Virus record (IMG/VR): IMGVR_UViG_3300044613_003178
From: a virus
Strand: one strand, 5' to 3'
Length of the DNA: 64,000 nucleotides
The notes beneath the pieces were generated by a model. It worked only from the letters and a program-made list of their open reading frames with translations, had not been told where the DNA came from and did no database searches. Positions within the stretch are counted from its first letter, which is position 1. Every line of letters begins with the position of its first letter. The position numbers were made by a program, and so were the translations under genes. Positions 36,403-47,239 of the stretch are shown in pieces.

Positions 36403-38151
36403 TTATCCACCGAATTCTGCGAAGGTTACACCTGTTGGGGTAGCAACAAAGTTTAGACGGATGAAGTTGATACTTCTTGCTGGTGCAACAAAGATATCAG
36501 CAACGAATTGATTTTGATCGATTACACTTGCTGGATTATTAGATTCATCACACACTACTGCATATGAACTTACACCACGCTTACCTTGAACTTCACGAAG
36601 GAAAGGCTCAACTAATTGTCTAAATTGTGCTCTTGTGAATGCATCGTTGAATTCAAAGAGTTGGAACTTAGCTGCTGTAGCAATTGTCTTCTCTAGAACA
36701 TTGAAGAGTCTACGAACATTGATTCTATCAAATGCACTTGGTTTGGTTTGTAGAGTCTTATCACCGAAGAGAATTGCACCAGATCCTTGGAAAGATACTA
36801 TTGGGTTAATGTTGTTCTTATATAACTTATCTCTGTAAGTTTTTGATGGGTTCCATACCAACTTTACTATGTTATTGATACGACCACGATCATATCCTGC
36901 TGGTGAGAACCAAGGCTCTCTTGTGTTATCTGTTCTTACACAGCAACCTGCAGTGTCACCACAGAGAGGAATATATAAGTACTTATCGTTATAACGATCA
37001 TATTGATACTTAGCATTACCATCCATTACACCGTAGGATGACGAACCTAATGTTGTTCTATAATTGTTCAGTACAGTGAATGTTGCGTCATCTGATGTTA
37101 ATGTTGCATTTAGAACATCCAAAGCCTTTGGTGATACGAATGCGATGCAATCTTGACGATTTGCTGCAATATTGATTACCGACTTAGCATTTGATGCAGT
37201 CATATTACCTGCAATCAAGAGTGATACATCAACATCTTCTGAATTTGAAAATTGTTGCTCGAATGCTGCAACTTTATCAGCCTCATCTAAAGTTGAGCTT
37301 GGTGTTAAAGAACCACCATTTAATGAATATGACTTGACTGTTGAAAGAGTTTTAAATGCTAGTGATGATGAAACGGCATTATCCCAATCTTGTGTGTTTG
37401 CTTGAGTTCTGTAAGATGCTGGCTCGTTACCTACCCAAACATACTTAGAACGATTATTAATTACATTTCTCCAGAAGATTGTATTACCGTCACCTGAGCG
37501 AGCGTCGGTTGCTTTAGATATTTTGACGAATTGTTCTAGAACTGTACCTTTTGTACCAGTCCACTTACCGTCTTCATCAATGACCAAAACAGTAATTTCA
37601 TCTTTTGCATTAGCGTTGATATTTGAAGCGTAATCTGATGTGCCTGGGATACCATAAACATCTGTGTATGTTTCCCATTCACCTGTACCATTTGTATCAG
37701 GATCAATACCATCGATTACTACTACCTTTAGACTATTTCCCAATTCGCCAGGATACTTTGCTGCCCAGTAGAATCCATAACCACTATATGTGGTATTTGC
37801 GTTTGCAAATTGTTTTTCAAAATCTTCTCTGCTCTTTATTTGAATACCATCTGTATCTGAACTGTCAGTTGCATTGTCATCACCAGTACCAACAGCTCTT
37901 ACAACTTGGAGAGCACCACCATATGATAAGAAGTTTGAAGCAACATACCAATCAACTGCATATGTTGCATCTGAATTTGGTTTGCCAAAAACATCTGTTA
38001 ATTGTTTTTCTGTTTCAATTAATACTCTAGAATCTGCTGGACCCCATTGAAAAAAGCCAGCATAACCTGCAGGGGTGGTTGCAATGGCAGGAATTACTGA
38101 AGTAAGATCAAATTCTCTAATTTCTACACCGGGACTTAATTGGAATGCCAT
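36403..38151 (-). CDS. gp18: Tail sheath protein (gp18-like)
   Basis: FQLSPGVEIREFD, WFSPAG..RG, FGDKT, AFDRINVRRLF, FEFNDAFTR, RSINFI.LNFVA. Confidence 0.98.
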   Translation of the reverse strand: MAFQLSPGVEIREFDLTSVIPAIATTPAGYAGFFQWGPADSRVLIETEKQLTDVFGKPNSDATYAVDWYVASNFLSYGGALQVVRAVGTGDDNATDSSDTDGIQIKSREDFEKQFANANTTYSGYGFYWAAKYPGELGNSLKVVVIDGIDPDTNGTGEWETYTDVYGIPGTSDYASNINANAKDEITVLVIDEDGKWTGTKGTVLEQFVKISKATDARSGDGNTIFWRNVINNRSKYVWVGNEPASYRTQANTQDWDNAVSSSLAFKTLSTVKSYSLNGGSLTPSSTLDEADKVAAFEQQFSNSEDVDVSLLIAGNMTASNAKSVINIAANRQDCIAFVSPKALDVLNATLTSDDATFTVLNNYRTTLGSSSYGVMDGNAKYQYDRYNDKYLYIPLCGDTAGCCVRTDNTREPWFSPAGYDRGRINNIVKLVWNPSKTYRDKLYKNNINPIVSFQGSGAILFGDKTLQTKPSAFDRINVRRLFNVLEKTIATAAKFQLFEFNDAFTRAQFRQLVEPFLREVQGKRGVSSYAVVCDESNNPASVIDQNQFVADIFVAPARSINFIRLNFVATPTGVTFAEFGG

Positions 38152-38185
38152 TTTTCTCTCCTTATTCGCCTATTTTGGTCTAAGG

Positions 38186-39859
38186 TTATGTATAAAAATC
38201 ATTATTTCTATTTTCGGCATCACTCCAGACGGTTCCAGATGAGTCTATTTCATCACCATTCATTTGAATACCATCATCAATTACACCGAACGGTGTCATT
38301 TCTTCTTCTAATTGTTTTAATTTTTCATCAAACACGGTTTTTCTGATATCCATATTTGTCATATCTTTAAAATAACTTTGAGTCGTCAACCAACCAAAGA
38401 GAACCATACACATAACCAAGTCGTCATTATGACCAGTATCGGCTTCAAAGGAATTATTTTTTGAAATAAAGGAAACAAGTTCCTGTATGATGTCGTAATC
38501 GGCAATGAGTAGTTTATTGGATTCGATCAGAGACTTCAACACGGAGCATCCTAGACGCTTTACCGCCTTCGTAGTGCGGAGTCCTAATTGGGTTTGACTA
38601 CTTCCTCCGAACCCACCATCAAGAGTCTGACCCTTTCTACCACGAATACTAGACATTAACAAATTATCATATTCCAGTTCATTATGTAATAAATCAGCCA
38701 CCTGACCACCAATGTCATTTATTTCAACTAATATGTAAGCATCATTATATTGTTTGGCAATTGGGTATATTGCATTTGGGTATACCAAAGGAGACATCTC
38801 GTTATTTTTAAAAGTGGCTGCTATCTTATAAGGTGTCTTGGTTATATCAACAACTGTGAATGCATGGTAATCGTTTCCAGTACCTCTAGCAGTATCAACT
38901 GTTAAAATGTAGGTGTGATTATTTGCAGGATTTTTAGAATCTACTACTGGTTTTTCATAAACCTTCAATCCGTCTGGGGTAGTGTGGATTGGAGTCTTAT
39001 AAACCATTGTTCTGAGTTTATCTGCAGAGATAAGAGTGTTGGTACTACCAATGAAATCACATTCGTGCTCTGTGCGGAATCGTTCTTCACCTAAGTTTTT
39101 GATTTCTCTTTGATACCATTCCTCATCACGACCGGGAACATCTGACCAGTGAACATCTATATGCTTGAAACTGTTTCTTCCTTCTATTGCTTCAATCCAT
39201 AGTTTATAATATAAATTCAATCCATTAGGTGTAGAAATTACAACCATTTTGGAAGTTTTACCGGATGTGATTGTTGGATATACTGAACTATAGAAATCGT
39301 TTGCTATATTTTCAGGGACATGGGCGAACTCATCCAACAGAATATAATTAAAAGATCCACCACGGATAGCAGATGCAGATGTTGCGGACGAAATGACTTT
39401 TGATCCATTTTCCAATTCGATAGAATGCTTATTCCATTCTTTAACACCCTGCTGCAGCCATTTTGGTAGGTTTTCATAAGCAGTCTTTAAACGATCCATA
39501 TGACCCTTTGCAAGTTTTTCTTTATTTGCAAGAATTGCTATGGTTTGATTTGGATTAAACAGTGCATGGTGTAGAATATCTGCAATGATGGTAGTTGACT
39601 TACCACACTGACGAGGCATCTTTGCAATAACGAATCTATTGTCACGAATAAGATTTACTAGTTTTTCTTGAAATGGATACATCGAGAAGGTCATCAATCC
39701 CTTATCAAGATTGACAATCTTAATATAATTTTTCATGAAATAAACAGGATCTTCAGAACACTTTAAATATTCCTCAACTTGATCTTGAGTAAAGTTGACA
39801 GGAACATTTGTCTTCTTGAGATTTGGATTACCGAGATATGAGTTCTTATCACCAATCAT
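38186..39859 (-). CDS. gp17: Terminase large subunit (gp17-like)
   Basis: YLGNPNLK, MPRQCGKST, LLDEFAH, STPNG, VDTARG, NDDLVM. Confidence 0.98.
   Translation of the reverse strand: MIGDKNSYLGNPNLKKTNVPVNFTQDQVEEYLKCSEDPVYFMKNYIKIVNLDKGLMTFSMYPFQEKLVNLIRDNRFVIAKMPRQCGKSTTIIADILHHALFNPNQTIAILANKEKLAKGHMDRLKTAYENLPKWLQQGVKEWNKHSIELENGSKVISSATSASAIRGGSFNYILLDEFAHVPENIANDFYSSVYPTITSGKTSKMVVISTPNGLNLYYKLWIEAIEGRNSFKHIDVHWSDVPGRDEEWYQREIKNLGEERFRTEHECDFIGSTNTLISADKLRTMVYKTPIHTTPDGLKVYEKPVVDSKNPANNHTYILTVDTARGTGNDYHAFTVVDITKTPYKIAATFKNNEMSPLVYPNAIYPIAKQYNDAYILVEINDIGGQVADLLHNELEYDNLLMSSIRGRKGQTLDGGFGGSSQTQLGLRTTKAVKRLGCSVLKSLIESNKLLIADYDIIQELVSFISKNNSFEADTGHNDDLVMCMVLFGWLTTQSYFKDMTNMDIRKTVFDEKLKQLEEEMTPFGVIDDGIQMNGDEIDSSGTVWSDAENRNNDFYT
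38187..38194 (-). promoter_or_regulatory. Candidate late promoter TATACATA upstream of gp18
   Basis: One mismatch to consensus; overlaps the gp17 stop. Confidence 0.55.
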
Positions 39860-40311
39860 GGATTAGATTCTATTTGCTTTATCTCCTGCATCTTACCTCT
39901 TAGCAGTTTCTGCAATTCATTTGTGCTTCCTACAAATATAGATTGATTTGTAATGTTTTGTGCAGATTGTGTAGAAGCAGGAGTATCTTGTCTAATTTCT
40001 TTTAATTGTTTGTGTAATTGAAGAAGATCTTTGTTTGCATCTGCTACACTTTTGATAAGTTGAGATACAACTTCATATGCTCTTGGGGAATCTCCCTCGG
40101 AAGCAACATGAAGAATTCCTTCAATTGCTTTATTTCCCTTTTCAATAATATCATAAAGATTTGACCGAACTGCTTGAAAATCTTCAGATGCTACATCGTT
40201 TTTATTTATTGATGTAAGAATAACTGGTTCTTGCTCTACTATTTCACCAACAGATTTGGGCAAATTAAAAGCATCTTCTAATTTATTGTCAATACTTTTT
40301 TTATCTTCCAT
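39856..40311 (-). CDS. gp16: Terminase small subunit (gp16-like)
   Basis: D...R.NLY..IEKG..AI.GIL..A...DSPRAYEV..QLIK, FVGST.ELQKLL. Confidence 0.93.
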   Translation of the reverse strand: MEDKKSIDNKLEDAFNLPKSVGEIVEQEPVILTSINKNDVASEDFQAVRSNLYDIIEKGNKAIEGILHVASEGDSPRAYEVVSQLIKSVADANKDLLQLHKQLKEIRQDTPASTQSAQNITNQSIFVGSTNELQKLLRGKMQEIKQIESNP

Positions 40312-40326
40312 AATATACCTTTAAAT

Positions 40327-40334
40327 TATTTATT
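40327..40334 (-). promoter_or_regulatory. Candidate late promoter AATAAATA upstream of gp16
   Basis: Near-consensus in the 32-nt intergenic gap. Confidence 0.55.
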
Positions 40335-40343
40335 ATAGTAAAT

Positions 40344-41933
40344 TTATTTTCCGAGTTTAACAGATCCACTTGATTCAAAATAATTCATTGCAAAAAGATT
40401 AAGACTTGCAGAAGATTCAATATTGATAACATCACCAATTGAACGGGAAATATAATTTAATATTACTACATTACCAGTAAATACTCCAATAGTGCCAGCA
40501 GTATTGCCTATTACTTTAATAAATGAACATTTATTTGAAATATTGATACTATTGTAGCAATAAACTTTATAAATCAAATTATTAATATTGTTTTTACTAT
40601 TTGAATTATCAAAATAAAATGGTTGGGTTATATTTTTCATTCTACAATCTATAAACACATTTCCATCAGACCCATTAAAGAAAAATAAACCAGAAAGATC
40701 TCCGTGATTATTAAAATAACAATTATTAAATATAATATTTTGTGGTCTAATATAAAATTTACAATTTATAAACTCGCAATTAAAAAATCTACTCCCATCC
40801 AGCATTAATTGTTTAAAATTTTTTGTGCCAAATGTTATACCCCTAAATTTACAATTTATAAAAGTAGAATTACGCATATCAACAGTAGTGGTAACTCCAG
40901 CAATAACCTCCACTTTAACAAAATCACCAGAACCATTAAATATTGTATTGTTAAAAATTTTATTTCTTAATATTTTATAAGCAGATCCGGAACTTATTGT
41001 TATATTTTTATCATCAGTTCCCATTGTTTGTGATGACAAAGAATTTGTTTCTATAAAATATTTATTGGTGGAACCTGTATAATTTGTTCCTTGAATTGTT
41101 AAACCTACTCGATTAATAGTTCTTGAAGTATTTGGTGTATAAGCACTTTCTAATAATGAAGATGTTATATTATCTGTATTTACAGGTATAATTGTTGAAT
41201 TCAATACATCAAAATTTTCAACACATCTGATAACAATTCTTCTTTTAAACAATGAACCATTTGGATATATCGAATGATCTACAGGTGTCCAAGGTCCTCT
41301 AGTTGTTGTTTTGTATAGATTATAATCAGATTGATTATCTGGATTTGTTAAAATTGAATTTGTATTTGTAATTTTATATAAAGCAGATTGTGCTTCATCT
41401 AGTGTAATTTCAAAATAACCAGTTTCTCTAAATGTAATAGATCTAGAGAAATTATAATTGTTAATACCAATTGGGTCTTGAGATGCATAAGTATTTCTTA
41501 ATAGATTTGATCCATTGATTCCTTGTTGCGTATCAAATTCTTGTGCAACGGTTGTTGTACCATTTTTATATGTAAAATAACTGGTTTCATAATCATATCT
41601 GTTTCTTGGCATAGTTGGTGATCCAACTATTTTTGTATATAGTATATCCCCACCATCTGTAGTATCTGTGACTGTATATGATGTTTGTGGATAATAATTT
41701 TTAACAGTGTTATATGAACCCAGAGCATTTGATTTATATTGTATCTTAATACAATCTGCTTCCAATGGTGTCATTTCACAACCCGATAAATGTATTTGTT
41801 TGTTTTTTTCAACTACATATACTTCTTCGCCTATAGAAGAATCAAACCACCTAATGGCTGGCGCGACACCTCGCAAGCCAGCCATTTTTCTTAATCCCAA
41901 TTGAAAACTTAAATCTACATAACTGTTTGGCAT
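40344..41933 (-). CDS. Putative right-handed beta-helix virion protein, paralog C
   Basis: N-terminal AGLRGVAPAIRW; FINCKF/FFNCEF/FNNCYF ladder repeats; Asn/Ile rich. Confidence 0.72.
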   Translation of the reverse strand: MPNSYVDLSFQLGLRKMAGLRGVAPAIRWFDSSIGEEVYVVEKNKQIHLSGCEMTPLEADCIKIQYKSNALGSYNTVKNYYPQTSYTVTDTTDGGDILYTKIVGSPTMPRNRYDYETSYFTYKNGTTTVAQEFDTQQGINGSNLLRNTYASQDPIGINNYNFSRSITFRETGYFEITLDEAQSALYKITNTNSILTNPDNQSDYNLYKTTTRGPWTPVDHSIYPNGSLFKRRIVIRCVENFDVLNSTIIPVNTDNITSSLLESAYTPNTSRTINRVGLTIQGTNYTGSTNKYFIETNSLSSQTMGTDDKNITISSGSAYKILRNKIFNNTIFNGSGDFVKVEVIAGVTTTVDMRNSTFINCKFRGITFGTKNFKQLMLDGSRFFNCEFINCKFYIRPQNIIFNNCYFNNHGDLSGLFFFNGSDGNVFIDCRMKNITQPFYFDNSNSKNNINNLIYKVYCYNSINISNKCSFIKVIGNTAGTIGVFTGNVVILNYISRSIGDVINIESSASLNLFAMNYFESSGSVKLGK

Positions 41934-41934
41934 T

Positions 41935-44457
41935 TTATATGTGTCTCAATCCTATTTTAGTTAAATTATTAATTATATTTTCATTATTATCTAGTTTTTG
42001 TTGTATTTGACTGTCTGAAAGATTTTTATGCATTTCTCCTGTGGTTGAATTTGCATATATAAACCCATTATTTGTAGGTGTTTGGTCACCATAAATACCA
42101 GAATTACCAGAATCATTTAATGGATACCACGAAGGTCTTGGATATTGTATTTTATCCAAATAATCGACTATAGAACAATTGTTTACTAAATTACTTTTGG
42201 CGTTAGATGTAACTTTAAACAATGGCGGATTGCCATAAATTGTATTTGCTACATGCATAAAACTTCCGAAACTATTTGCTCCACCGGGAGCTCCTTGATA
42301 AACACAATTTAAAAATCTATTATGTATTGATGTATTCTCCAAATCAGTAATTTTTAAGACAGTCCCATATGAATAATTATGCATGTATACATTATAGGAA
42401 TTTCCATTTGAACTTGGAGGAGGTTTTAAATAACACCCAGGATCATTAAAATGTGTTGTAAATGCACTTAAGTTTAATTTTGCTATAGCATTATAAGAAC
42501 TTAGAAGAAGATTTGCACCAGATGAATATGAACTTTCATTAAATATAAAAATATTTCCAGTTACTAAATGTTTATCTACTCGGTCAGTATTGTTAAACCC
42601 ATTTGCGCCAGCCCATTGAAAACCACCTTCATTTGGAGCATCTATTGTTGCTCCTTCTCCTGCTGTGTGTTGGCTTGATTTTCTTGAATCGGTACATCTA
42701 ATGTAGATATTATTTGAAATAGGTCCATATGGTTCTATCCAGAATGTTCTACCAAGATCTTCAAAATTACAACCCATTATGCACATAGAGTCTGCTTGAA
42801 ATACACCAAAAGTACTATCACTAATACTGCCATTTTTTTGAGCTTTTTCAAATTTACAATTTTTAATTAATATACCAGTACCATTACAACTCCCTAAAAA
42901 ATTACATCTTCTAAATGTACAATTTTCAAATGTGCACCCATCAAATATATACCTTGTATAAATTCCATATTGATCGCTTCTAAAAGACATAGTAGTAAAA
43001 CTATCTCCTTCAAAAACACAATTTCTTATTATAGAACCCGAAAAATCCAGTGCAGCATATTTTACTTGATATCTATCATTGTATTCTGTTAAGTTGTGTG
43101 TTGCAATCCACCAAGGATTTGGACCACGAAATCTAGGTTCACTTGCAGTCAGATTACCATCTGCTCCAAAAAAATTTAAATTTTCTATAATACTATTTCT
43201 AGCATTTATAATTTTTAATTTTCTTAATCCAGAATCATTATTATTATTTGATGGATTGTATGGATTAGTAACACCATTTACAGTTGAAGTTCCACTCAAT
43301 GTACCATTATTTACTTGGCTACCAACATACAATTCTTTTTGTATTGGAGCAAATTCCATATCGTTATCAAAATATAAATCTTCTAAATCTGTATTTTTAA
43401 TAATTGGAATTCCCTGATTCGTATGACCAATATCAAAACCAACGGTTAAAAATGGTAATGGATAAATAAGTCTAATGGTATTAATTCCTGCCCCATTTGT
43501 ATATTGGGTTCTGTTGTCATTATTGAATAATTCTTTGCCACCAATAAATGTATTATTTCCTTTTATATGAAAAGAACCTAGTTTAGTTCCGCTACCTTCA
43601 GAAACTGGTGTTAAATTATATTTTAATTTATCCGATAATCCGGGATTAAGAGCAATAACTCTTCTTGAAATTGAAGTAGTACCATCAACTATATCTTTTG
43701 TTTCATCTATTACTCTGATAATTATTTCTCTTTTAAATTCATATTCTGTTCTAACTGCTTGAATTGGTGGTGAGAAGTGTCCTATAGTTTTTTCTTGAGA
43801 ACTTAAATTGGAAAATTTTGATGTTACAACAAATTTATTTGCTGTAGAAAGATCATCAGAGTATACCCAAGGAAAGTATGATTTAGAAACAACATCTGTA
43901 ACTGGTGCATATTGTGATTCACTATAATTTGCAACAAATCCCGTTGAACCAGTAAGTGGATTTAACCTTTCATCTAAAGTTATTTTATAATAACCTTCAT
44001 TTGGAAACACAAAACATCTATGAAAATTGCTTTTAACTATTTTTTTAATTTCATCATCTGAAGTATTTGTTGTATCACCACCAGCAATATAATTTACAAG
44101 ATAAGGATCAGACCAAAAATCATCAAATGATGGATATTCAGTTAAATTAAAATTATATACTTTTTTATCTTGATTTATAAAATTTTCGATACTACCACCA
44201 CTATCTTTGTAAAGAGTTAATGTTCCATCGGAATTTATTCTGTTTATTGTAACACAATCATAACCACCCTGAAACATTTCTACACCCCAAAGATATATTG
44301 GTGTATTTGTTTTAACATGATATATTTTTTCTTTAGTAGAACTTTGTGGTCTTTTTTCTAAAAATCTAACAGATGGTGCAACACCACGAAGTCCTGCTAG
44401 TTCTTTTAGTGCCTGTGTATCTGTATATGCTTTCCAAGCCATTAAATTATCCCTCAA
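41935..44457 (-). CDS. Putative right-handed beta-helix virion protein, paralog B
   Basis: WKAY...ELAGLRGVAPSVRF; FDGCTFENCTFRRCNF and IKNCKF repeats. Confidence 0.72.
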   Translation of the reverse strand: MRDNLMAWKAYTDTQALKELAGLRGVAPSVRFLEKRPQSSTKEKIYHVKTNTPIYLWGVEMFQGGYDCVTINRINSDGTLTLYKDSGGSIENFINQDKKVYNFNLTEYPSFDDFWSDPYLVNYIAGGDTTNTSDDEIKKIVKSNFHRCFVFPNEGYYKITLDERLNPLTGSTGFVANYSESQYAPVTDVVSKSYFPWVYSDDLSTANKFVVTSKFSNLSSQEKTIGHFSPPIQAVRTEYEFKREIIIRVIDETKDIVDGTTSISRRVIALNPGLSDKLKYNLTPVSEGSGTKLGSFHIKGNNTFIGGKELFNNDNRTQYTNGAGINTIRLIYPLPFLTVGFDIGHTNQGIPIIKNTDLEDLYFDNDMEFAPIQKELYVGSQVNNGTLSGTSTVNGVTNPYNPSNNNNDSGLRKLKIINARNSIIENLNFFGADGNLTASEPRFRGPNPWWIATHNLTEYNDRYQVKYAALDFSGSIIRNCVFEGDSFTTMSFRSDQYGIYTRYIFDGCTFENCTFRRCNFLGSCNGTGILIKNCKFEKAQKNGSISDSTFGVFQADSMCIMGCNFEDLGRTFWIEPYGPISNNIYIRCTDSRKSSQHTAGEGATIDAPNEGGFQWAGANGFNNTDRVDKHLVTGNIFIFNESSYSSGANLLLSSYNAIAKLNLSAFTTHFNDPGCYLKPPPSSNGNSYNVYMHNYSYGTVLKITDLENTSIHNRFLNCVYQGAPGGANSFGSFMHVANTIYGNPPLFKVTSNAKSNLVNNCSIVDYLDKIQYPRPSWYPLNDSGNSGIYGDQTPTNNGFIYANSTTGEMHKNLSDSQIQQKLDNNENIINNLTKIGLRHI

Positions 44458-47234
44458 CTAAAACTATTTATTGCGGTGAATATATCACCAGTAAATATAG
44501 TAGATGCCGATATAGTAACTGGAGTTGAAGAATTTGTGTAAGTTGGTACACTTATTCTTCTATAGTCATTATTGCCTTGTTTTCCATGTGTTCCAAATGT
44601 ATCACTATATGGATCGGGGTATGATGTACCTGAACCAATATAAATTGAATTACAATTAAAATAATTAGCATTTTCTTTGCAAGTAGTACCACCTGGAAAT
44701 GTTATATGATCAAATGTACCAATTGAAATACTGCTATCATTAAAACCAGAACAGGGTGATCCAGAATAACCTTGATTGTTTATAGTTCTTCGACTATATG
44801 CAGTTGGTGTAAGAAACACATTCTTATAAGCAACATTTATATATTTTCCATACTTAGTAGAATCGCCACTAATAAATGGATAATCATCCAAAAAATCTAA
44901 CATTTTATTTTGTAAGTATTTTTGAGTAAAATTACCAGTACCATCATTAGTATCTGAATTGTAAGTTGTATCATTGCATGTCTGGCAGTGTTCTAAATTA
45001 TAAAAATTTAAATAAACTGAACATGGTGATGTTGGAGTTTTTGAAAACCGACCACCCCAATTAATTATTTTATTTCCTATTAATTTATTACCTGTAGCTC
45101 TTGATGTATGTCTACAATCCCAAAAACCATTTGCAGGATTTTCATATAAACTATGTATTGAGAAAAATGGATATGAAAATTGACTGAGAACATTCCATGA
45201 ACCATTTTCTGAACTCCACCTATTTCCGGATAAATGTGGTTCAGTGATTAGATTTTCTATAAATCTAGTATGATGGGTATTTTCACCGAGTGTCATTGAA
45301 AATCTGCTATAATGATTCCAAAAATGAACATCATAATATGAACCACCACTAATACCAGTTGTTGATGTGTTATTAGTAGAATTTATAGTAGTAGTATCTA
45401 CTACAGTTGGACAAAATGTTTCATTTAAAGTGTATAAATTTGCTCTAGAAAATGCATTATATGTTGTTATAGTAAATATACTAGAATCGTATATTCTGTT
45501 ATATACAAACATATTTCTTGCAAATTCTCTAAATTTTTGTTTTGCAAGTATCGGTATTTCGCTTGTTGAATCGGTGGGTGTTGAAACAAGTCGAGATTCT
45601 ACTTGTTCTGCTATAAATTGTTCAGATCCGCCACTATTAAATAAAGTTGTATCAAATATACATTTAAACCATAAATTATCTGTGCAAGGTGAACTGTCTG
45701 TAGCAAAAAAGAAAGTTCTAAAATTGTTTTCAAAATTACAACAAATATTAGCATTTGATATACCAGAAACATTAAATGAATCTATGTAATCTGTTCTTCC
45801 TTCAAAATCACAATACATAAAAAGAACAGAGTCTGCGTGCATATTTATTGCACATCGTTTAAATTTACAATTAATAAATTTACACCCACTAAAACAAATC
45901 CAATCTGCCTGACCATTAAAATCCATATCTTCAAATGTACAATTTTTAAATATACTACCTCTTAAATCTACGATAGTATTTGCTGTCGATATAAATGGAA
46001 ATAAATTTCTATCTTGATTTACATTTCTATTTGCAGATGGTCTTAATGTTAATCCTTCCACAACTAAATGTCTTCTATTTATTAATGTTTTTGCAGTTCC
46101 ATTCCATCTTTGATTAATTTTACCAAATCTTTGTTCTGGTGTTGTTGTATCTGTATGTACTGTAGAGTAACCAACAAAATTACCTGATGGTATATATTCA
46201 TATACTGCACCATAACCAATAACTCTTTGATATGGTTGAGTTATTACACTACCAGTAGTTATTGTTCCTGGTTGTAAAGTTATATCTGCTGGAAAAGATA
46301 TATCATTACCAGTTACTAAATCTTTATTTTTAGTATAAATTTTTAAAATTAATGTTTTTGTGAATCGTGAACGATATGTTTGTGGTAAATTTGTATACGA
46401 TGATAATTGTTCTGGTAATGTACCATATAAACCTAAATTTGAGGAATAATTTATTGGATTAAATTTTATAAGTTTGTCTATTTCGGTTGGTGTTAATGTG
46501 CTATTAGTATAAAGTATCTGATTTGATTCAATAGATTTTGCCGGTAAACTTTTACCATTTAGTGAAGCAGATGCATCCCATGTTCCGGTTTCACTTATTT
46601 CTATTTTATATTCTCCTTCTCTCAAAAAAGTCATACATCTTACATGTGTATAAGATCTGGTTGATGTTATAGCATTACCTCTATCATTGCTAGTACTTCC
46701 AAATCCATAGGATTCGCCTCTATTAGAATTAGATGTAAATCCGGTTACATAATCTTCTCGGATATAAGGATATCCTACAGGATCAGATGTTGTTAACGAA
46801 TTGGGGTTTGCCGCGCCAGCATGTGGATTATTTGATGTATCAAAACTTCTAAGATTTAAATTTGGATAAAATACATATTCTGCTGCATTAAACCCATAAA
46901 TGCCAGTTCCTTTTATCAATACCCATTTGGTATCATCTTCACCAAAATTTCTCCAATATATATTTAAATTATCATGATTGTGGTTATTTTTATTCACAGA
47001 AGACCACATTTCTTGTCCCCAAAAATACATTTGTTCACCAACATACCATTTGAAAATTCTGTCATCTGGTGCTAATAAATCAGTACTATTATCATGAGTT
47101 GTATCGTGAAAATGAACAGCAGGAGCACATCCTCTTATGCCAGTTAATTCTCTTGATATTTGTCTCCACGAATGTGCTTTCCACGGTGGAAATTTTTGTA
47201 ATTCAGGATCTGATATGTTTATAAATTGTGCCAT
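44454..47234 (-). CDS. Putative right-handed beta-helix virion protein, paralog A
   Basis: WKAH...ELTGIRGCAPAVHF; FKNCTF and FSGCKFINCKFKRC repeats. Confidence 0.72.
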   Translation of the reverse strand: MAQFINISDPELQKFPPWKAHSWRQISRELTGIRGCAPAVHFHDTTHDNSTDLLAPDDRIFKWYVGEQMYFWGQEMWSSVNKNNHNHDNLNIYWRNFGEDDTKWVLIKGTGIYGFNAAEYVFYPNLNLRSFDTSNNPHAGAANPNSLTTSDPVGYPYIREDYVTGFTSNSNRGESYGFGSTSNDRGNAITSTRSYTHVRCMTFLREGEYKIEISETGTWDASASLNGKSLPAKSIESNQILYTNSTLTPTEIDKLIKFNPINYSSNLGLYGTLPEQLSSYTNLPQTYRSRFTKTLILKIYTKNKDLVTGNDISFPADITLQPGTITTGSVITQPYQRVIGYGAVYEYIPSGNFVGYSTVHTDTTTPEQRFGKINQRWNGTAKTLINRRHLVVEGLTLRPSANRNVNQDRNLFPFISTANTIVDLRGSIFKNCTFEDMDFNGQADWICFSGCKFINCKFKRCAINMHADSVLFMYCDFEGRTDYIDSFNVSGISNANICCNFENNFRTFFFATDSSPCTDNLWFKCIFDTTLFNSGGSEQFIAEQVESRLVSTPTDSTSEIPILAKQKFREFARNMFVYNRIYDSSIFTITTYNAFSRANLYTLNETFCPTVVDTTTINSTNNTSTTGISGGSYYDVHFWNHYSRFSMTLGENTHHTRFIENLITEPHLSGNRWSSENGSWNVLSQFSYPFFSIHSLYENPANGFWDCRHTSRATGNKLIGNKIINWGGRFSKTPTSPCSVYLNFYNLEHCQTCNDTTYNSDTNDGTGNFTQKYLQNKMLDFLDDYPFISGDSTKYGKYINVAYKNVFLTPTAYSRRTINNQGYSGSPCSGFNDSSISIGTFDHITFPGGTTCKENANYFNCNSIYIGSGTSYPDPYSDTFGTHGKQGNNDYRRISVPTYTNSSTPVTISASTIFTGDIFTAINSFS

Positions 47235-47239
47235 ATTGA

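Noticed and set aside
640-39859. Inteins, introns or homing endonucleases in gp61, gp41, gp43, gp46, uvsW, gp23, gp20 or gp17
   Set aside because: Proteins are of normal length with contiguous motifs; no splice-junction, LAGLIDADG, GIY-YIG or HNH motifs seen.
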